Shown here piece after piece: positions 44,401-56,204 of a stretch of DNA of 64,000 nucleotides. This DNA is from Strigamia acuminata. Lineage: Eukaryota. The stretch's first letter is position 1, and every line of letters begins with the position of its first letter. The position numbers were made by a program, and so were the translations under genes. The notes beneath the pieces were generated by a model that saw only the letters and a program-made list of their open reading frames with translations, had not been told where the DNA came from and searched no databases. Location: contig OX442314.1 in the NCBI GenBank assembly GCA_949358305.1, positions 20,398,001-20,462,000 of the forward strand, given 5' to 3'.

Positions 44401-47003
44401 TCATTTTATGACATCCATGTGTAGTAATTGTAGGTAAAAAATCAATAAGTGCCTAAGGAAACGCAAAGGCAAACAGACAGTTATGAAATTTTAAATAGCT
44501 GTAATTTTTGAAATGATTTTAAAAATAGACCGAGTAAATTAGTTAATGTAATCCAATTAATTTAAATGTAACACAACACGTATTTTATGCTCAAAACTGT
44601 AATTTACGCTATTTAAAATCTGACCGCTTCGTGTTTAAAAATTATATTGATTTTAAACCACAAAGAAATGAATAAAATCCCGTTTCTAGCAGCCCATTAA
44701 AAACTTCGTGTGAACAACAGAATCATTATAACTGTCATTTCTAGTGTATTTCCTCCCAACCTTCCACACTCATAACATTTGTGAAATTCAAATTTTCAAA
44801 TTTCAATTGTAATTTAGCGCACAAAATATAATCGATACGTAACCACAACTCATCACTTGCCGGTATCAATCTCCCAATTTCCTAATATTACTGCGCATGA
44901 GCAAAATTCAAGCTTAAAATATGTTTGAATGACCCCTAATTGCTTTCTTTTGAAAGAGAATACCTCATTTGTATGGAAAATTTGCTATATTTATATAAAA
45001 TAATAATAATAATAATAATAATAATCAGTTAAAAAGGTCAGCGAATCAAAAAGTTGGAAAATTAAAAATGTGAATCTTTAAATTTAAAACTAGAAATGAA
45101 AACATCCATTTTTCGAGTGCGCCTACGGAAATTATTATATAAACAAGTTGCTGCAACATTATTATTTCGTAAAATGTTGCATTTTAATTGTAATCAAAAA
45201 TTAAATCTAGCGATTAAATTATTGATTAAGTTATTATACAGCTTAAAGATTCATAATTTTAATTCTCATTAAACCTTAATAATTAACATCTACTTCTCGA
45301 AAGGTACCCTTTAATTAAGACTAAAATTTGTCTCAAATTTGCGATTATTTCTATTTTACGATCCAATAATTTGACATTTTTTTATAACCAGTTTAATTTT
45401 AGTATAATAAAATGATTTAGTCTTAAAATGCGAAGAATTATCTCATTTTTGATAAATTCCAACGTCATTTAAACCCAGAATTGAAAATTTTTCTGAGCGT
45501 GACATTAAACATGGCGGTCAGAATAATTTTTTTTAGTTTTGCATGTCTGAGAATTGGCGTGCATTAAGATCCAACCATGTTAATACACTAGTCTTACTCT
45601 ACTTATATAATAAATTTCAGGCACATCTGTGGTACCAATTGCTCAGAGGTTTCCTTTAATTGCTTAAAATGGCGTCCATAAAATCAGATTTGAAATTCCA
45701 AAATCTGCACAAATGTGAATGCCCTTTGAACGACCTTCTGCAATATTTTGTCAACCATTAATTGTTGTGTCATTGCAAAACTGGAATACAAAAAAAAAAT
45801 TCAGAAATCATTTATTATTGTTAGAATATTTCTAGTTATACTTACTCAATAATTCCAACAACTTCTTTACGAAATGGAAATATTTTCCGAATAGATTCGC
45901 AATTTTACACCGAATGCTTTGTTTACAAATTACCGCAAGTTCAACTTTTCGATTTTCCCATTATAAATCAATTAGCTTCAATTTTGCTCTCAAAAACAAA
46001 AATACCGCCATTATAAATAATAAATATTTACCTGCCACAAACACCCGAAAGAAAATTTGTCTAAACTTATTATTTAGAAAAATTATTTTAAAAAAAAAAA
46101 AAAAAAAATTAAAATAAAATAAAATATTTTTTTCATAAATAAGAAAACTTACGAGTAAACAAAAATCACCGATCAAAGCGATTGCACCCGAAACCAACGA
46201 TGCATACATTAGTGTATTGATTTTGTGCGTCTAAAAACACCCTGATCGAAACCTCGTTAACAATTTTTAGACACAACAATCAAAACAAAGAGCACCTCTT
46301 TTTTCCCAGCGAAAATTTGCAAAATCTCGCTTTAAATCGTTTCTTTGTTCACAGATACATCTTTTCCCTACCGAAAAACGTTTCCCGCGACCACATAAGT
46401 CGAGATATAAAGAAAAATATATAATTTTACTCAATAAAATTAAATATTTATCGAAAACACAAAAAAAATAAACTGAATAGCACCAGATTTATTTATTTAT
46501 ATATCTCAACAAAAATTTTTTTTTTGTTTGTTTTGTTTTCCCCCACATTTCGTTCCACTCGCCGTCAAAATTAACCGATCGATTACTGATTTTTAAAATT
46601 ATAACATAATTGGATTTTTTTTTTTAAAAATGAAAAAAAAAGAAATACTAAATGTTTTGTTGTTCCATTCAATTTTCCGCATTCGTCGCCGCGACCAATC
46701 ACGTGATTAATTAAAGAGCAAGCGAGAAGACTTAAAACAAAGAAAAGTAAAAAAATTTACTTGAGCATCGGATGATACTTGGTACGATCTGATGGCTGGG
46801 TTTGAAGCTTCGAGGCACCATGTCGGTGGACTAACGACAACTTTCCTAATGGCGCCTTGCCTTTGAAGCGCGTACAAATGATAGTTGACGGTTCTCTTCT
46901 CGCGACGAAGTTTCCTGGTCAATTCCACTGTTCGAATTGGACGGGAAGGATTCTGATGGAAATACGCTAAAATCTCGTTCCTCAACCGGTTTCCGTCTGC
47001 CAT
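14468..47003 (-). CDS. ADAR: Double-stranded RNA-specific adenosine deaminase, ADAR1 orthologue; 4 Z-alpha + 1 dsRBD + deaminase, about 1043 aa
   Basis: Phase-consistent GT-AG exons: 46761-47003, 33614-33752, 32086-33330, 26024-26183, 18088-18238, 17322-17599, 17090-17248, 16925-17025, 16550-16735, 16257-16494, 14468-14699 (3132 nt in total). Catalytic motifs: [45 protein letters not shown] and GRKVLAA are ADAR1-type. The dsRBD ([12 protein letters not shown]...GPSHNPR|FQAA...KKEAKRKAA) is split by a 7.8 kb intron. Confidence 0.93.
15356..15765. mobile_element. Non-autonomous PIF/Harbinger-like MITE in the last ADAR1 intron
   Basis: TIR TACCATGTTCACACCAA / TTGGCGTGAACATGGTA (1 mismatch), flanked on both sides by TTA (3-bp TSD), with internal GTGTTCACACCA repeats. 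Confidence 0.7.
22488..24162 (-). mobile_element. Full-length Tc1-family IR/DR DNA transposon in ADAR1 intron 4
   Basis: TA TSDs at 22486-22487 and 24163-24164. Near-perfect TIRs of about 255 bp (22488-~22745 and ~23905-24162), each with three ACAAAAGTC(C/T)TGCAAC direct repeats. Contains an intact transposase ORF. Confidence 0.95.
22749..23771 (-). CDS. Tc1 DD34E transposase, 340 aa, uninterrupted
   Basis: Paired-like HTH, GRPR linker, [31 protein letters not shown] (34 residues between the second D and the E), C-terminal GGATKY. Confidence 0.96.
   Translation of the reverse strand: MAAKCTPIELGVRKLIIKKHSQGISNAEIATQIGIHRSTVGRIIRTQEETGKCNVRSRSGRPRHTKKTEDNILRSLVKKSKKDSARKITAKWIDIIKKPVSEKLTRRRLQEMGYGFRVAKKKPLLTRAMQKKRVLWCHKHKDWTVEQWRQVIFSDESRFCLFKDGKTTVLRKKGEEFHPHCISKTVKFAPGIMVYGTMTANGLGSLETVKQSINAEVYINVLDNCLIPTAKHYFPEGSYIYQQDGAPAHRAKKTTFYFESMGIDVLDWPGNSPDLNPIENIWAKVKKRLQEVGPMTLTELEETVNQIWNHITPKECDDLIVSIPRRITAVLKARGGATKY
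24811..25117. mobile_element. Degenerate hAT-like MITE
   Basis: TIR TAGAGTTTGACCGATATCAT / ATGGTATTGGTCAAACCCTA (3 mismatches in 20). Flanks ACTTAAAG / ACTTAATA resemble an 8-bp TSD. CCGATA subterminal motifs. Confidence 0.55.
25142..25417. mobile_element. Foldback MITE-like element
   Basis: 33-bp inverted repeat 25156-25188 / 25336-25368 (2 mismatches), inside outer GTTGGGG...CCCCAAC ends. Confidence 0.55.
32086..33330 (-). CDS. ADAR: ADAR1 exon with Z-alpha domains 2 (C-terminal part), 3 and 4
   Basis: [81 protein letters not shown]. An alternative same-phase donor is possible at 32041. Confidence 0.9.
40838..41022. mobile_element. Degenerate hAT-like MITE remnant
   Basis: Ends TAGGGCCAGATTT / AAATACGGCCCTG with an internal TAGGCAC..GTGCCTA palindrome, a pattern typical of CAGGGCC-ended MITEs. 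Confidence 0.35.
42807..43318. mobile_element. Palindromic mariner-derived MITE made of two inverted 5' ends
   Basis: Inverted arms of about 100 bp (ACGAAGGGG...TTCCGGAGGG...GAGTGTTCTA...CCTATCTGCA). Both arms carry the start of a mariner-type transposase ([13 protein letters not shown] on - at 43144, inverted copy on + at ~42965-42998). TA at the left flank. Confidence 0.75.
44999..45025. repeat. (TAA)n microsatellite
   Basis: About 8 tandem TAA units. Confidence 0.8.
46761..47003 (-). CDS. ADAR: ADAR1 first coding exon, Z-alpha domain 1
   Basis: EILAYF...[27 protein letters not shown] matches the Z-alpha helix3/wing signature (N, Y, PPxW). It ends at a phase-0 GTAAAT donor compatible with exon 33614-33752. 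Linkage across the 13 kb intron is inferred. Confidence 0.8.
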
Positions 47004-47916
47004 GCTGGGTGGAAAGAAATACAATGTGTAATATCGGAGTCCAATTATCGGGCACTGGAGATCAACTCCATCTTGGTGCCGAGTCTACTCTCTGTCCTGT
47101 GTTCCTGCTGCATATGCGCAAAGCCGCAAATCTAGCAAACAATTATGTTTATGCGCACCTAGCGACATCTAGTAGCAAACGCTTCAAACATCCTTCTCGA
47201 AACCTATTGTGCTCGTAGAAATTGTTTGAATTCAGGCACTCAAAATACCATTTTTCATAAAAGTTAATTGTTTTTTTGTTTATTTATTGTTTTTCTCAGT
47301 AAAAAAAAACTTTACACACGTTTTAAAAAATATCTCTAAACGTTTAAATTTCATTTTTTTAGAAAAATTTCAAAACACACAAATCTCCTTAATTAAATAA
47401 AAACAAAAAATGTAAAGTTCTCGTCTACTATCGAGTAGAAAAATACGAAAGTTCCAAAAATTCTTTTAATAAAATATGCAAAAATCTTAAATCCTAATTA
47501 AATTCAAATCTACCACTCAAATAACTCGATTAAAACAAAAGCACAATTACAACTTTTTGTACTTCAGGCCTATTGCATTCACAATTTCAGTTTAAAAAAA
47601 TTAAAAAAAATTGTACTACAGTGTTATAACATTAATTACTGATACGGTAAAATCCATACATCTCAAAATATAAATTTAAATTCAAACTTAATGCCAATTA
47701 ATTCATTTAAACAAACAAAAAAGACATTAGAAAATGACAATGTAAAAATTAAAATGGTCCCTACTTAAAAAGATTGTTGGTCCCCACGATCTTACGTAAT
47801 GTAAGTTTCAAAATTCAAGGCAGTAGTCATCACCCTTCGGTTAAATTCGTAGTATTTCACCTCCTAAGTACACATTACATAAGATTTTATTTAAATTCGG
47901 TGGATGGATTTTAAAT

Positions 47917-50900
47917 TCATTCCATAAAACACACGTGAGTCATCAATTTCTTCACGGTTGGTCGATTCGTTTTAATCGGCTGAAGACAGCGCAATGCAAA
48001 ATCCTTGATTGCGTCGGACATCCATTCGGGAATGGGCGGCGATTCCACCGAAGCTGCGATCTAAACCAAACAATTAATAAAACAAACAAAAACAGTGTGC
48101 CTTTTTAAACGTACTCTGTAAAACAACGCATTTTCATTGGTGATTTCTTCCACGTTCCATGGCGGTCTCGTGGTGACCATTTCAATCACGCAACAACCAA
48201 CGCTCCACACATCGCACGACCTTCCGTAACACTCCCCTCGTAGCACTTCGGGTGCCATAAACGCGGTGGTCCCCTTCATATCCCCTTTAAATTCTCCTGG
48301 CAATGTTGAATGAGATATTAGTCTTTTAGCAGCTCCAAAGTCCGCAATTCGTAGATGTTGTCCCGTACTGTCGATAAGCAAATTTGCACCTAAAACATTA
48401 AACAATAAATACATTATTTTATAAAAAAATTAATTTTATTTTGAAATACCTTTTAAATCACGGTGCAAGATGCCGTTACTGTGCAAGTACTCCAGCCCGC
48501 TCAGTATGTGCCACAAGTATTTCACGATCACCCGGTCCGAGAACGGCCCGAACTTATACAGATTATCCGCGACCGAACCACCGGGCATCCACTCGACGAA
48601 CAAATCGTAGCCGTCGTGCCGCTCACACGCCGCTATAAGTTGAACAATGTTTGGATGATCCAGCTTGGTCATTATTCGAATTTCGTCCCGAACTATCGCG
48701 CGACTTTTTTCTAGATCCGCAGAATTACAACCATTGAATGACACCTACACAAAAAAATCCATCAAATTCAACAATTAAATAATTCTAATTAACATTTCCT
48801 ACTTGTTTTACTGCCATATAAGTCCCGGATTCTACGTCTCTACCTAAAACGCAACGACTGAACCCTCCACTCCCCAGCACTTTATCAACGATCCAATCAA
48901 CTCCTTCTTTGTAATACGGCTGTTTCATGATGACATGTGAAAGCGAAAGTAGCGTCGACCGTGTGTTCAAATCCAATGATTTTTGCGTTAACGCAGACGA
49001 CACCATACGCAGATCATTCAGTGCTAATTACAATAAAAAATTAGAAAATTAACCACGCTGATAAACGCGGTGCATTAAACAAAACAAATTTCCATACCCA
49101 TATTTTTTGCACCGTACGCTTCTGGTATGGCATCCAGCAAGCAAGGCGCCGTCGAATGTTTGAAAGCAAAATTTTGAAAATGATTGCCCGGTACCGACAA
49201 ATCAATGAGGTCGCCTACAGGAACCATTGGAGTGTTGGGCGGAACCGTCGGCGTCGTTTTTCGTCGTTTCGGTTGACATTTCTGATCACACGGTGATGCA
49301 TGCACGTGACAAATGTGATTAAAACAGCAATCGGTGCCTTGAATCATCCCATCGCTGCATCTCCTAGGCGTAGCGACGGGGCTGTAGGATGGACAATACG
49401 AGTCGAGCGACACCCGACTGTTCAGCGGCAGGAAATTCGGTCTCTGCGGTTTGGAGCGAGACATCGGAGTCGGGTTTTGGATTGTGGAGAAATTGCGTAC
49501 GTTTGAGGGCACCGACGACCTCCGTTCTTTCGAGTACATGGTGCTAAATCGTGGAGACGATTTTTCAAAATGTTCGACCAACGGAGAGCGATTCGCGCAG
49601 ACTGGCGACGAGGGCAGCGAACAGCGGCCCAGACTGCGCCGTCGATTCGGGAAACGGACCGAAGTGTACGAAACAAACTCGACGTCTTCTTGGCGACTTC
49701 GATCGCCGGACAGAGTTCGGTCTCTGAGCCGAACTACTAACGATGAATCTACTTTAGCCAACATGTGGTAGGCCTGGTTGTAAACTTTCGGTACGTGCGA
49801 CGCGAGACGAGTGGCGCGAATGAACAAACGTTCGGCCATTTTTCGGATGTACACGTGCGGATTCTTGAGGAATTTAAGGGCGAATCCCAGAACCGTCGTC
49901 AATCGGTCGTGGTTAAGGAGTTTCGGTTGAGCGTTGGTCTTCGGCCAGTTGGGCCTGAAATTTTCCTTATTGCAGCTCGCATTAATCTGGACCAAGTGAA
50001 AGGCGTGCGGGAAAACGCCCATCAATTCGTCCAATGCGTACAGGCGGCCCAAAATACGTTGCCATTGACTGTGCGACGAATCTGTATCGTCGCGTTCAGA
50101 TTCAAAAATACAGGACAGCACAAAAACGATGCCGGTTACATCTTCCTGGGCTGTTGAGAAAGTCGATTATTATTCCGGTACAAAATTGAACGAAATAAGT
50201 CCTACCTGGACAGAGCGTCCCACTCCCAACTGCGATGTTACCAGTTTGACCGCACGACAAACTCGATATGAAACTGATGCTAGCTTGAGACGTCCTGGAG
50301 AGTCCGTCCGCGCACTTTGTCAGCACAACTCTTATTATCGGACGGATTAACTCCTGCAATGTTGAAGCGTCCTCGTCAGACCAGCACATGTAATTAGCTA
50401 AAAGTGTGCTCAGTCCATCCTATAAAAATCGAAATAAAAATGAAAAATCGGAAATAATCGCAATTAACATAAAATTAAAAAGAAAATAACTGACCAAACT
50501 TGTGATGTAAACCCTGTAGACAGGATCCATTGCCATTGACTGCAAAATCCCGGCAAAACTGGTAACTAGTTTGATCCACGTACCGGACTGGGCCAAATTA
50601 AACGTGTCCGCGTCATTAATCAATTGACTCATGACCATCTCGGCTTGATCAATCACGTCCTTCAACTTATTTTCTCGTATTGACCAATTCCCAGACTGCA
50701 AGTCCGAGATCAATCGCGACCCGAACATCTCGACCCAACTGTTGTTCACATTCGCCTGGATCTTTTCTCGAAGCGAAGCACAAGCGGAGCTCGATTTCAC
50801 CAGATTCACGGGTAGAGTTGACAGATCCATAGATAAAAGAGCCAGATCCTTGGATTGGGGTGCCAGATCGATGGGTAAAGTTGAACGAGTGCTGGTGGTG

Positions 50901-53900
50901 TCGGACACTGATGATGAGATGGCATGATTCTGGACGGGACTGCTCGGAGTCGAAACATGACAGCTAAAAATAAATAACAAATAAATGAATTAAATTCTCC
51001 TTAAATTTATCCGTCGTCTCACTACCATTTGTTTTCTATGATTTTCCACACGTAGCGACAAAGGGGACAGTCGATGCATTCTTTTTCACGTTTACACACG
51101 TTTGACCCTAAGAAATAAATTTAAAATCAACAAATAACTCGTTGACTACCAATAATGACGACGTATTTACATATTTCCACGCAATGATGATGAAACTTGT
51201 TTTTGCACCCATTTTCGCAGGTAATCAAAGACTCTTCTCCGCTCATTGGAAAATGGCAGATCGAGCATAAATCGTCATCGTTCTCGCCAGTTGACAACTT
51301 TTCCAGCTCCTGAAGCGTCGTTTCATCCATCGCTGGAGTCGTCGTATCGGGTACGGACGATTTCCGTTCTCGTACAAAAGCGAATACGCGAGATTTCTGC
51401 CGTTGCTCGTAATTTCTCACCAGAGATTCCACCTTAAAAAAAAAATTAGCGTAATCAAAAAATTAAAATAGAATTCTTTGCCAAAAACACATCGACTTAC
51501 TTCGTAATTTTTTAACGTTTTATTGAAAATGCAGGGATCGTTCACGGACACTTTGAGAACACGTATCATTATAAATAGAAGATGAATGCAATGTGTGTAT
51601 TGAGATGAACAAGTGCATGTCTGTTGTCCGATTGTCACTTTGTAAGTGTTTTTGTTCGCATCCCCGCATCCCACCTTAAACACGTGTTGACCATGTTGTC
51701 GCAAAAGATATAATCGAGTTGTTTGTAGCCGCTCGATCCTTTTCTTCACAGCTTCTACGTGCAATTGGTCTCCGCTGCTAAGTAAAGGATTTTTCCTTAA
51801 CAACGTCGGCGATCGACCACTCGGACTCTACAAAATAAATTAAAAAAAAATATATTTTCTCAACTATTTAATACTTCAATTAATTTGAATTACTCTCGAT
51901 CTCGTGCGAGTTCGTTTTGGCGACTGGCTTCGACTCTGACAGAACGGCGACGCGGCTGGTCGTCGAAGAACTCGTTTCATCTGAGTATGAACTTCTCGTG
52001 AACTCGACATGGGAGTTGGAGTGATACATTGACGATTAGGCGGTTCTCGAACAACCTAAACAACCAATCAAATTAAAATTACTGAATACAGTTCTATAAA
52101 AAAACCAAAAATATGATCTAACAACTCAAAATCAAAATAAAAAAAAATCGAGGTTAAGCACCTTTTAGAAATCAAAAGATTAAATTTCCGATTAAACTAA
52201 ATTTATTCTTGAATGCAACTAAAGGTGCCCCCCATATCCGTCTAATAAATCAGGATTAAATCAAACTCTCAAACCAGTTACCACACTTCTGGTATCGCAC
52301 AACCCAAACCCAATTCTTTTGTACGTTTGTACGTGCTCGTGGTTGTGCAACCCACGAAATTAAATCAACCATTACTAAACCCATAGATTAGATAAAGATA
52401 AAACATCATCCGATCCATAATCATAACGCGAGACCTAAAATTAAAGACAGCCTAAGACTGCCCACACAATTATTTGCCTTTTCTTATCGAATCCTTGACA
52501 TAGTTCAAGTGCAGTAATCAAATTTTCAAAGATAAAAATACACAACTGATAGGAAATTTTATAATTTTCTCTAGGTAAGATTTTGTAATTAATAAATCTT
52601 TCTTATTCGGATAAGGCGACGTTATTAGTATAGTCAGATTTAAATTTAATTAAAGTTAACCGACATACTATACAGTTGAAGCTACTATTTAAAAATAGTC
52701 ACCGTTTAAAGAAAGAAAAACTCTAATCGAAATAGAATGCTGAGCTTTCAACCGTTTTAACTCCTTGAATTTTTCTGAATTTTAAAGAAATACTTTTGTT
52801 TTTATTTTATCAATCTAAAATTGATAAAGTTAATCGAAAGCAGAAACTTGATAATAAAAAAATCAGCCCCAACTGCCAAAAAATACGAAAACTTACATCT
52901 GCATTTGCCGATAGATGAAGTTGAGCTTCCGAAAAATGCTTGGCAATCTAGAATTAATTTTAAAAAATAAAACAAATTAATAAACGCATAAAGTATTGTC
53001 ACTTATATAAATAAATATTGTTTAATATTATTACAAATAAAAACAATTCAATTACCCAATCACAAAAGGTTAGATAAAAGATAAAACCTGAAAGAAACGA
53101 ATTAAATTTCGCTCGCACTTGCTGTTTTAATCCAATTTTTGCTCAAGGAACAACAATTTAAGTGTCAAAAACTTTATTTTTAAAAAAACATTTTAAAAAA
53201 AGAAGAAAATTTTTTTTTCGGCTTCTAAAATTGCAATTTGCAAAACACCAATCTACATTAGAGACAAAATGTATTTATTCTTAGCAGTGTGCAAACTTGT
53301 CCATCCCCATGAGCTCCAGATTAAGACGCTGACAATCTCCAGAGTTGATGGGGGTGGATAAAAAGACACTTAAAAAAAATCCAAAAAAAAAAATCATGCA
53401 GATACAAAAATAGCAAGCGTTCAAATTACCTCTTCTGAGTTTGATTTCCACGGGTAGGAGGAGTAAGGATGGTAAATCCTAGCTCGTTTCCCTACATCAA
53501 TTCCTTTCTAGTTTGAAAGAAATAAAACAAACCATTTTTCGATACGGGAAAAAATACGAAAAAAGTTTCAAAATCACAAACGAAAAAAAAAAAAAAAAAT
53601 ACAACAAAATAAAAAAAAACGACAAAAATTGGATTTCGAAAGTTGCATTCATCACACAACAGTAAAAGAAAGGGGCGCCATTTTGTTTCTTGTTTTTCTC
53701 AGTTTTCGAGCTTCGATATAAATTTTTTAGATTCAATTTTCTGCCTTTTACTTTTTTGTATTATAAAACTCACAGAAATACATTTAGAAACTAAAATGGC
53801 CGACTTGTCCCACCACGCCTGATTAGTCTGCAGTGTTTTGAAATTTAACAAAATGTTGGTAAATAAACAAATGTCGGTCATTGCTTTCCTCTTTAAAGAT

Positions 53901-54774
53901 TAGAAAATCAACCAATCTTAAGTTTAAGATAAAAATTATCATTATTCAGAGTTTAAATTCAATTTTGTCTGCGCGCACATTATTTTAGTATGAATTTTGC
54001 TATTTCATGAAGGGAAAAAACATTTTTAAAAAAAAACCATGAAATCTTGTTCAAAATTTAAAATTCCGAGTAGAGCAAATAACAGACTGTTATTTTTTTT
54101 AACATGTCCCATTGCAAAAACTTTAGATTACAAGGATCAAGGTGCAAAAGAGTTGAGGATTAATCGACCTTATTTGTTCAAGGCCAACTGACGACCAAAC
54201 AATAATTCCCAATTTAAAAATAATCCTATCTCCCGTTTCTTTAAATAAATAAATTCCCAAATTCGTAAAAAATAAATAAATTAAATAAATTTTCGCAAAT
54301 TAAAATTCCAAATCTCCCAAAATTCATTAAGTGTGGGAAAAAAATGGAGTCCATTTGATGTCTTTAAAACACCAAAGAGAGACCATGTCATGTAATATGC
54401 AATTGTCAGACTATAAATGGCAGGGTCAGAAGTCATGGAACTTGCAAACACAAAGACGAGAAATCACACAAAGGAAACAACGAATTATTAAACAACATTA
54501 ATAAAATAATTAATTAATTGTTAAATTAATAATTTTTTTTTTTAAATTGTTGAAAACAGATAAACAACGCAGAAAAAGTGGAGTTTGTTATCAATTTGAA
54601 GAGGAATGGATGTTTAGGGTTATTTTTAGTCATTTTTACCATGGGTCCTGATTTCTTGTTCGACTCAAGTTTTGTCTTGTAAGATGCTTTCATTTTCTCC
54701 CTGATTTGATTCGTTCCAACGACATCCAAGGATCGTAACATGTCCCATTGCACTAGTTTATCGGTCGTCGCCAT
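47917..54774 (-). CDS. MAP3K1: Mitogen-activated protein kinase kinase kinase 1 (MEKK1): SWIM, RING/PHD, TOG-like and kinase domains
   Basis: Exon 1 QIREKMKA...KSGPM splices to VVREPP (52055), like vertebrate MIREKLKA...GPV|VVKP. SWIM: RLYLL...[28 protein letters not shown]...[13 protein letters not shown]...CPLCR. Kinase: [32 protein letters not shown]. Stop TGA at 47917-47919. Confidence 0.93.
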
Positions 54775-56204
54775 TATTGGATGTTTTTTTTTGTTGATAT
54801 TAGCTTGAAATTACTTGTGATAAAAAATAAATCTGAAAATATTAAAATTTGATAACAATTAAAAAGGGATCGTTCGATTATCCGTTGGTTTTGTAAGCAT
54901 TACATCAATCGTTATCAACTTAAATATTCCGTAACCTCGTTTTAAATAATTTTATCTTTCGAGTAAATAAACAAATAATCCCAAAATACCAATTGATTAA
55001 GTTCAGACATTTCTCTTTTTTTACTGGCGATACGAAAATCAAAACTTTGGACCTTAAAATGATCTGAAATCACAACTTTATTACGGCAAAAATTTTAAAT
55101 TTATACAAAAATTTAGTTAGCTTCAACAAAATTTTTAAAAACTTTTCAAAAAAATACAATAAACAATCATTTTGTAATTGAATACTTGAGAAAAAATAAA
55201 AAAGTTTCGGTTTATATTTTAAAAAATAAAAAAAAATAAAAATCCTAAATCCACACACTGATCTTTTTATCAGTTTGAACACTCGTGTGAATTTTGATAA
55301 ATCAGTCAATGCTTTTATGTGGAATGTCCAACTTTGACCGTTTTTCAATGTCAAAAGATAAAACGTTTCTTTCATCAAATCAGGTGATCTAAACTCTCAT
55401 TTTTTTTTCCTGCCCTGATATTATACTATTTTTCTTTTTAAACGTAATTATTATTAATTTTTTTTAATAAGGTAAACAAAACGTGGAAAAAACAAACGTT
55501 GGGTCAAGCACATGTTGCTAACACCAACCGCTTCCAAAATAAACATAATCCATTTAATCAACAGTAATATGCACGAACAATTCGAGGAACCTCCTACAAT
55601 ACAGCGATTAATTAAATTCAATACAAATTATAGTAACGGGGGTTACGTGTCGCCATTTTGCTTCGACAACTTTTTAAACTCAACTTAAACTCGAGGAAAA
55701 TCGATATCAATAACCTATGACCTAATTATCGATCCCTAAGTTAACATGCCTTTCCAACGTTCAACTAATCAAAGTTCTTTTTTTACCTGTTAAATGTGTT
55801 TGGGTGCACTAATGTGTCAAGCCATCGTCCACTCGGGACTCTCCGCTCCCCGTCGCACCAAGCCGTTCTATATGAATTAAACAAAGAGCGGGTCCAGGTC
55901 CACCTCCTCACAGCGCGGTTGCAGTCACGTGGTGGAGGCTGACGAATGGGAGAATACGATTTAGACCAATGAGACTGATGTGTAAAGAGATGGCGCCAAC
56001 CAAATGGCGGCAATGAACTTAATAATTGGCGCGACTGAGGCCAAAAGCCGGTCGCGTTATAGACCGCTATAGACCGAACCGCTGAGCGATGTAAAATAAA
56101 TGAGAAATTTTCTTTCAATCGCAATGATTTATTTTTATTTTAACTTCCACAAATTCGAACAAAAATAATATAAAATTTCTATGCTTATCTCAATATACAA
56201 TTAA

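Larger units (their letters stand above)
15770..46400 (+). ncRNA. Putative very long structured non-coding RNA (array of multi-branch stem-loop domains) antisense to ADAR1
   Basis: Dozens of nested complementary segments found by eye in the non-TE parts of the longer ADAR1 introns, with G-U wobbles predominating on + and A-rich linkers. No expression evidence is available from sequence alone. Confidence 0.4.

Noticed and set aside
15770..46400. Structured domains as a miRNA cluster, tRNAs, or group I/II introns
   Set aside because: The stems are short and branched rather than ~30-bp pre-miRNA hairpins, and I could not find tRNA boxes or group I/II catalytic consensus by eye. A cmscan search is needed to exclude these formally.
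55783..56124. 113-aa - strand ORF
   Set aside because: No recognisable homology; it is a GC-rich structured or promoter-like segment upstream of MAP3K1.
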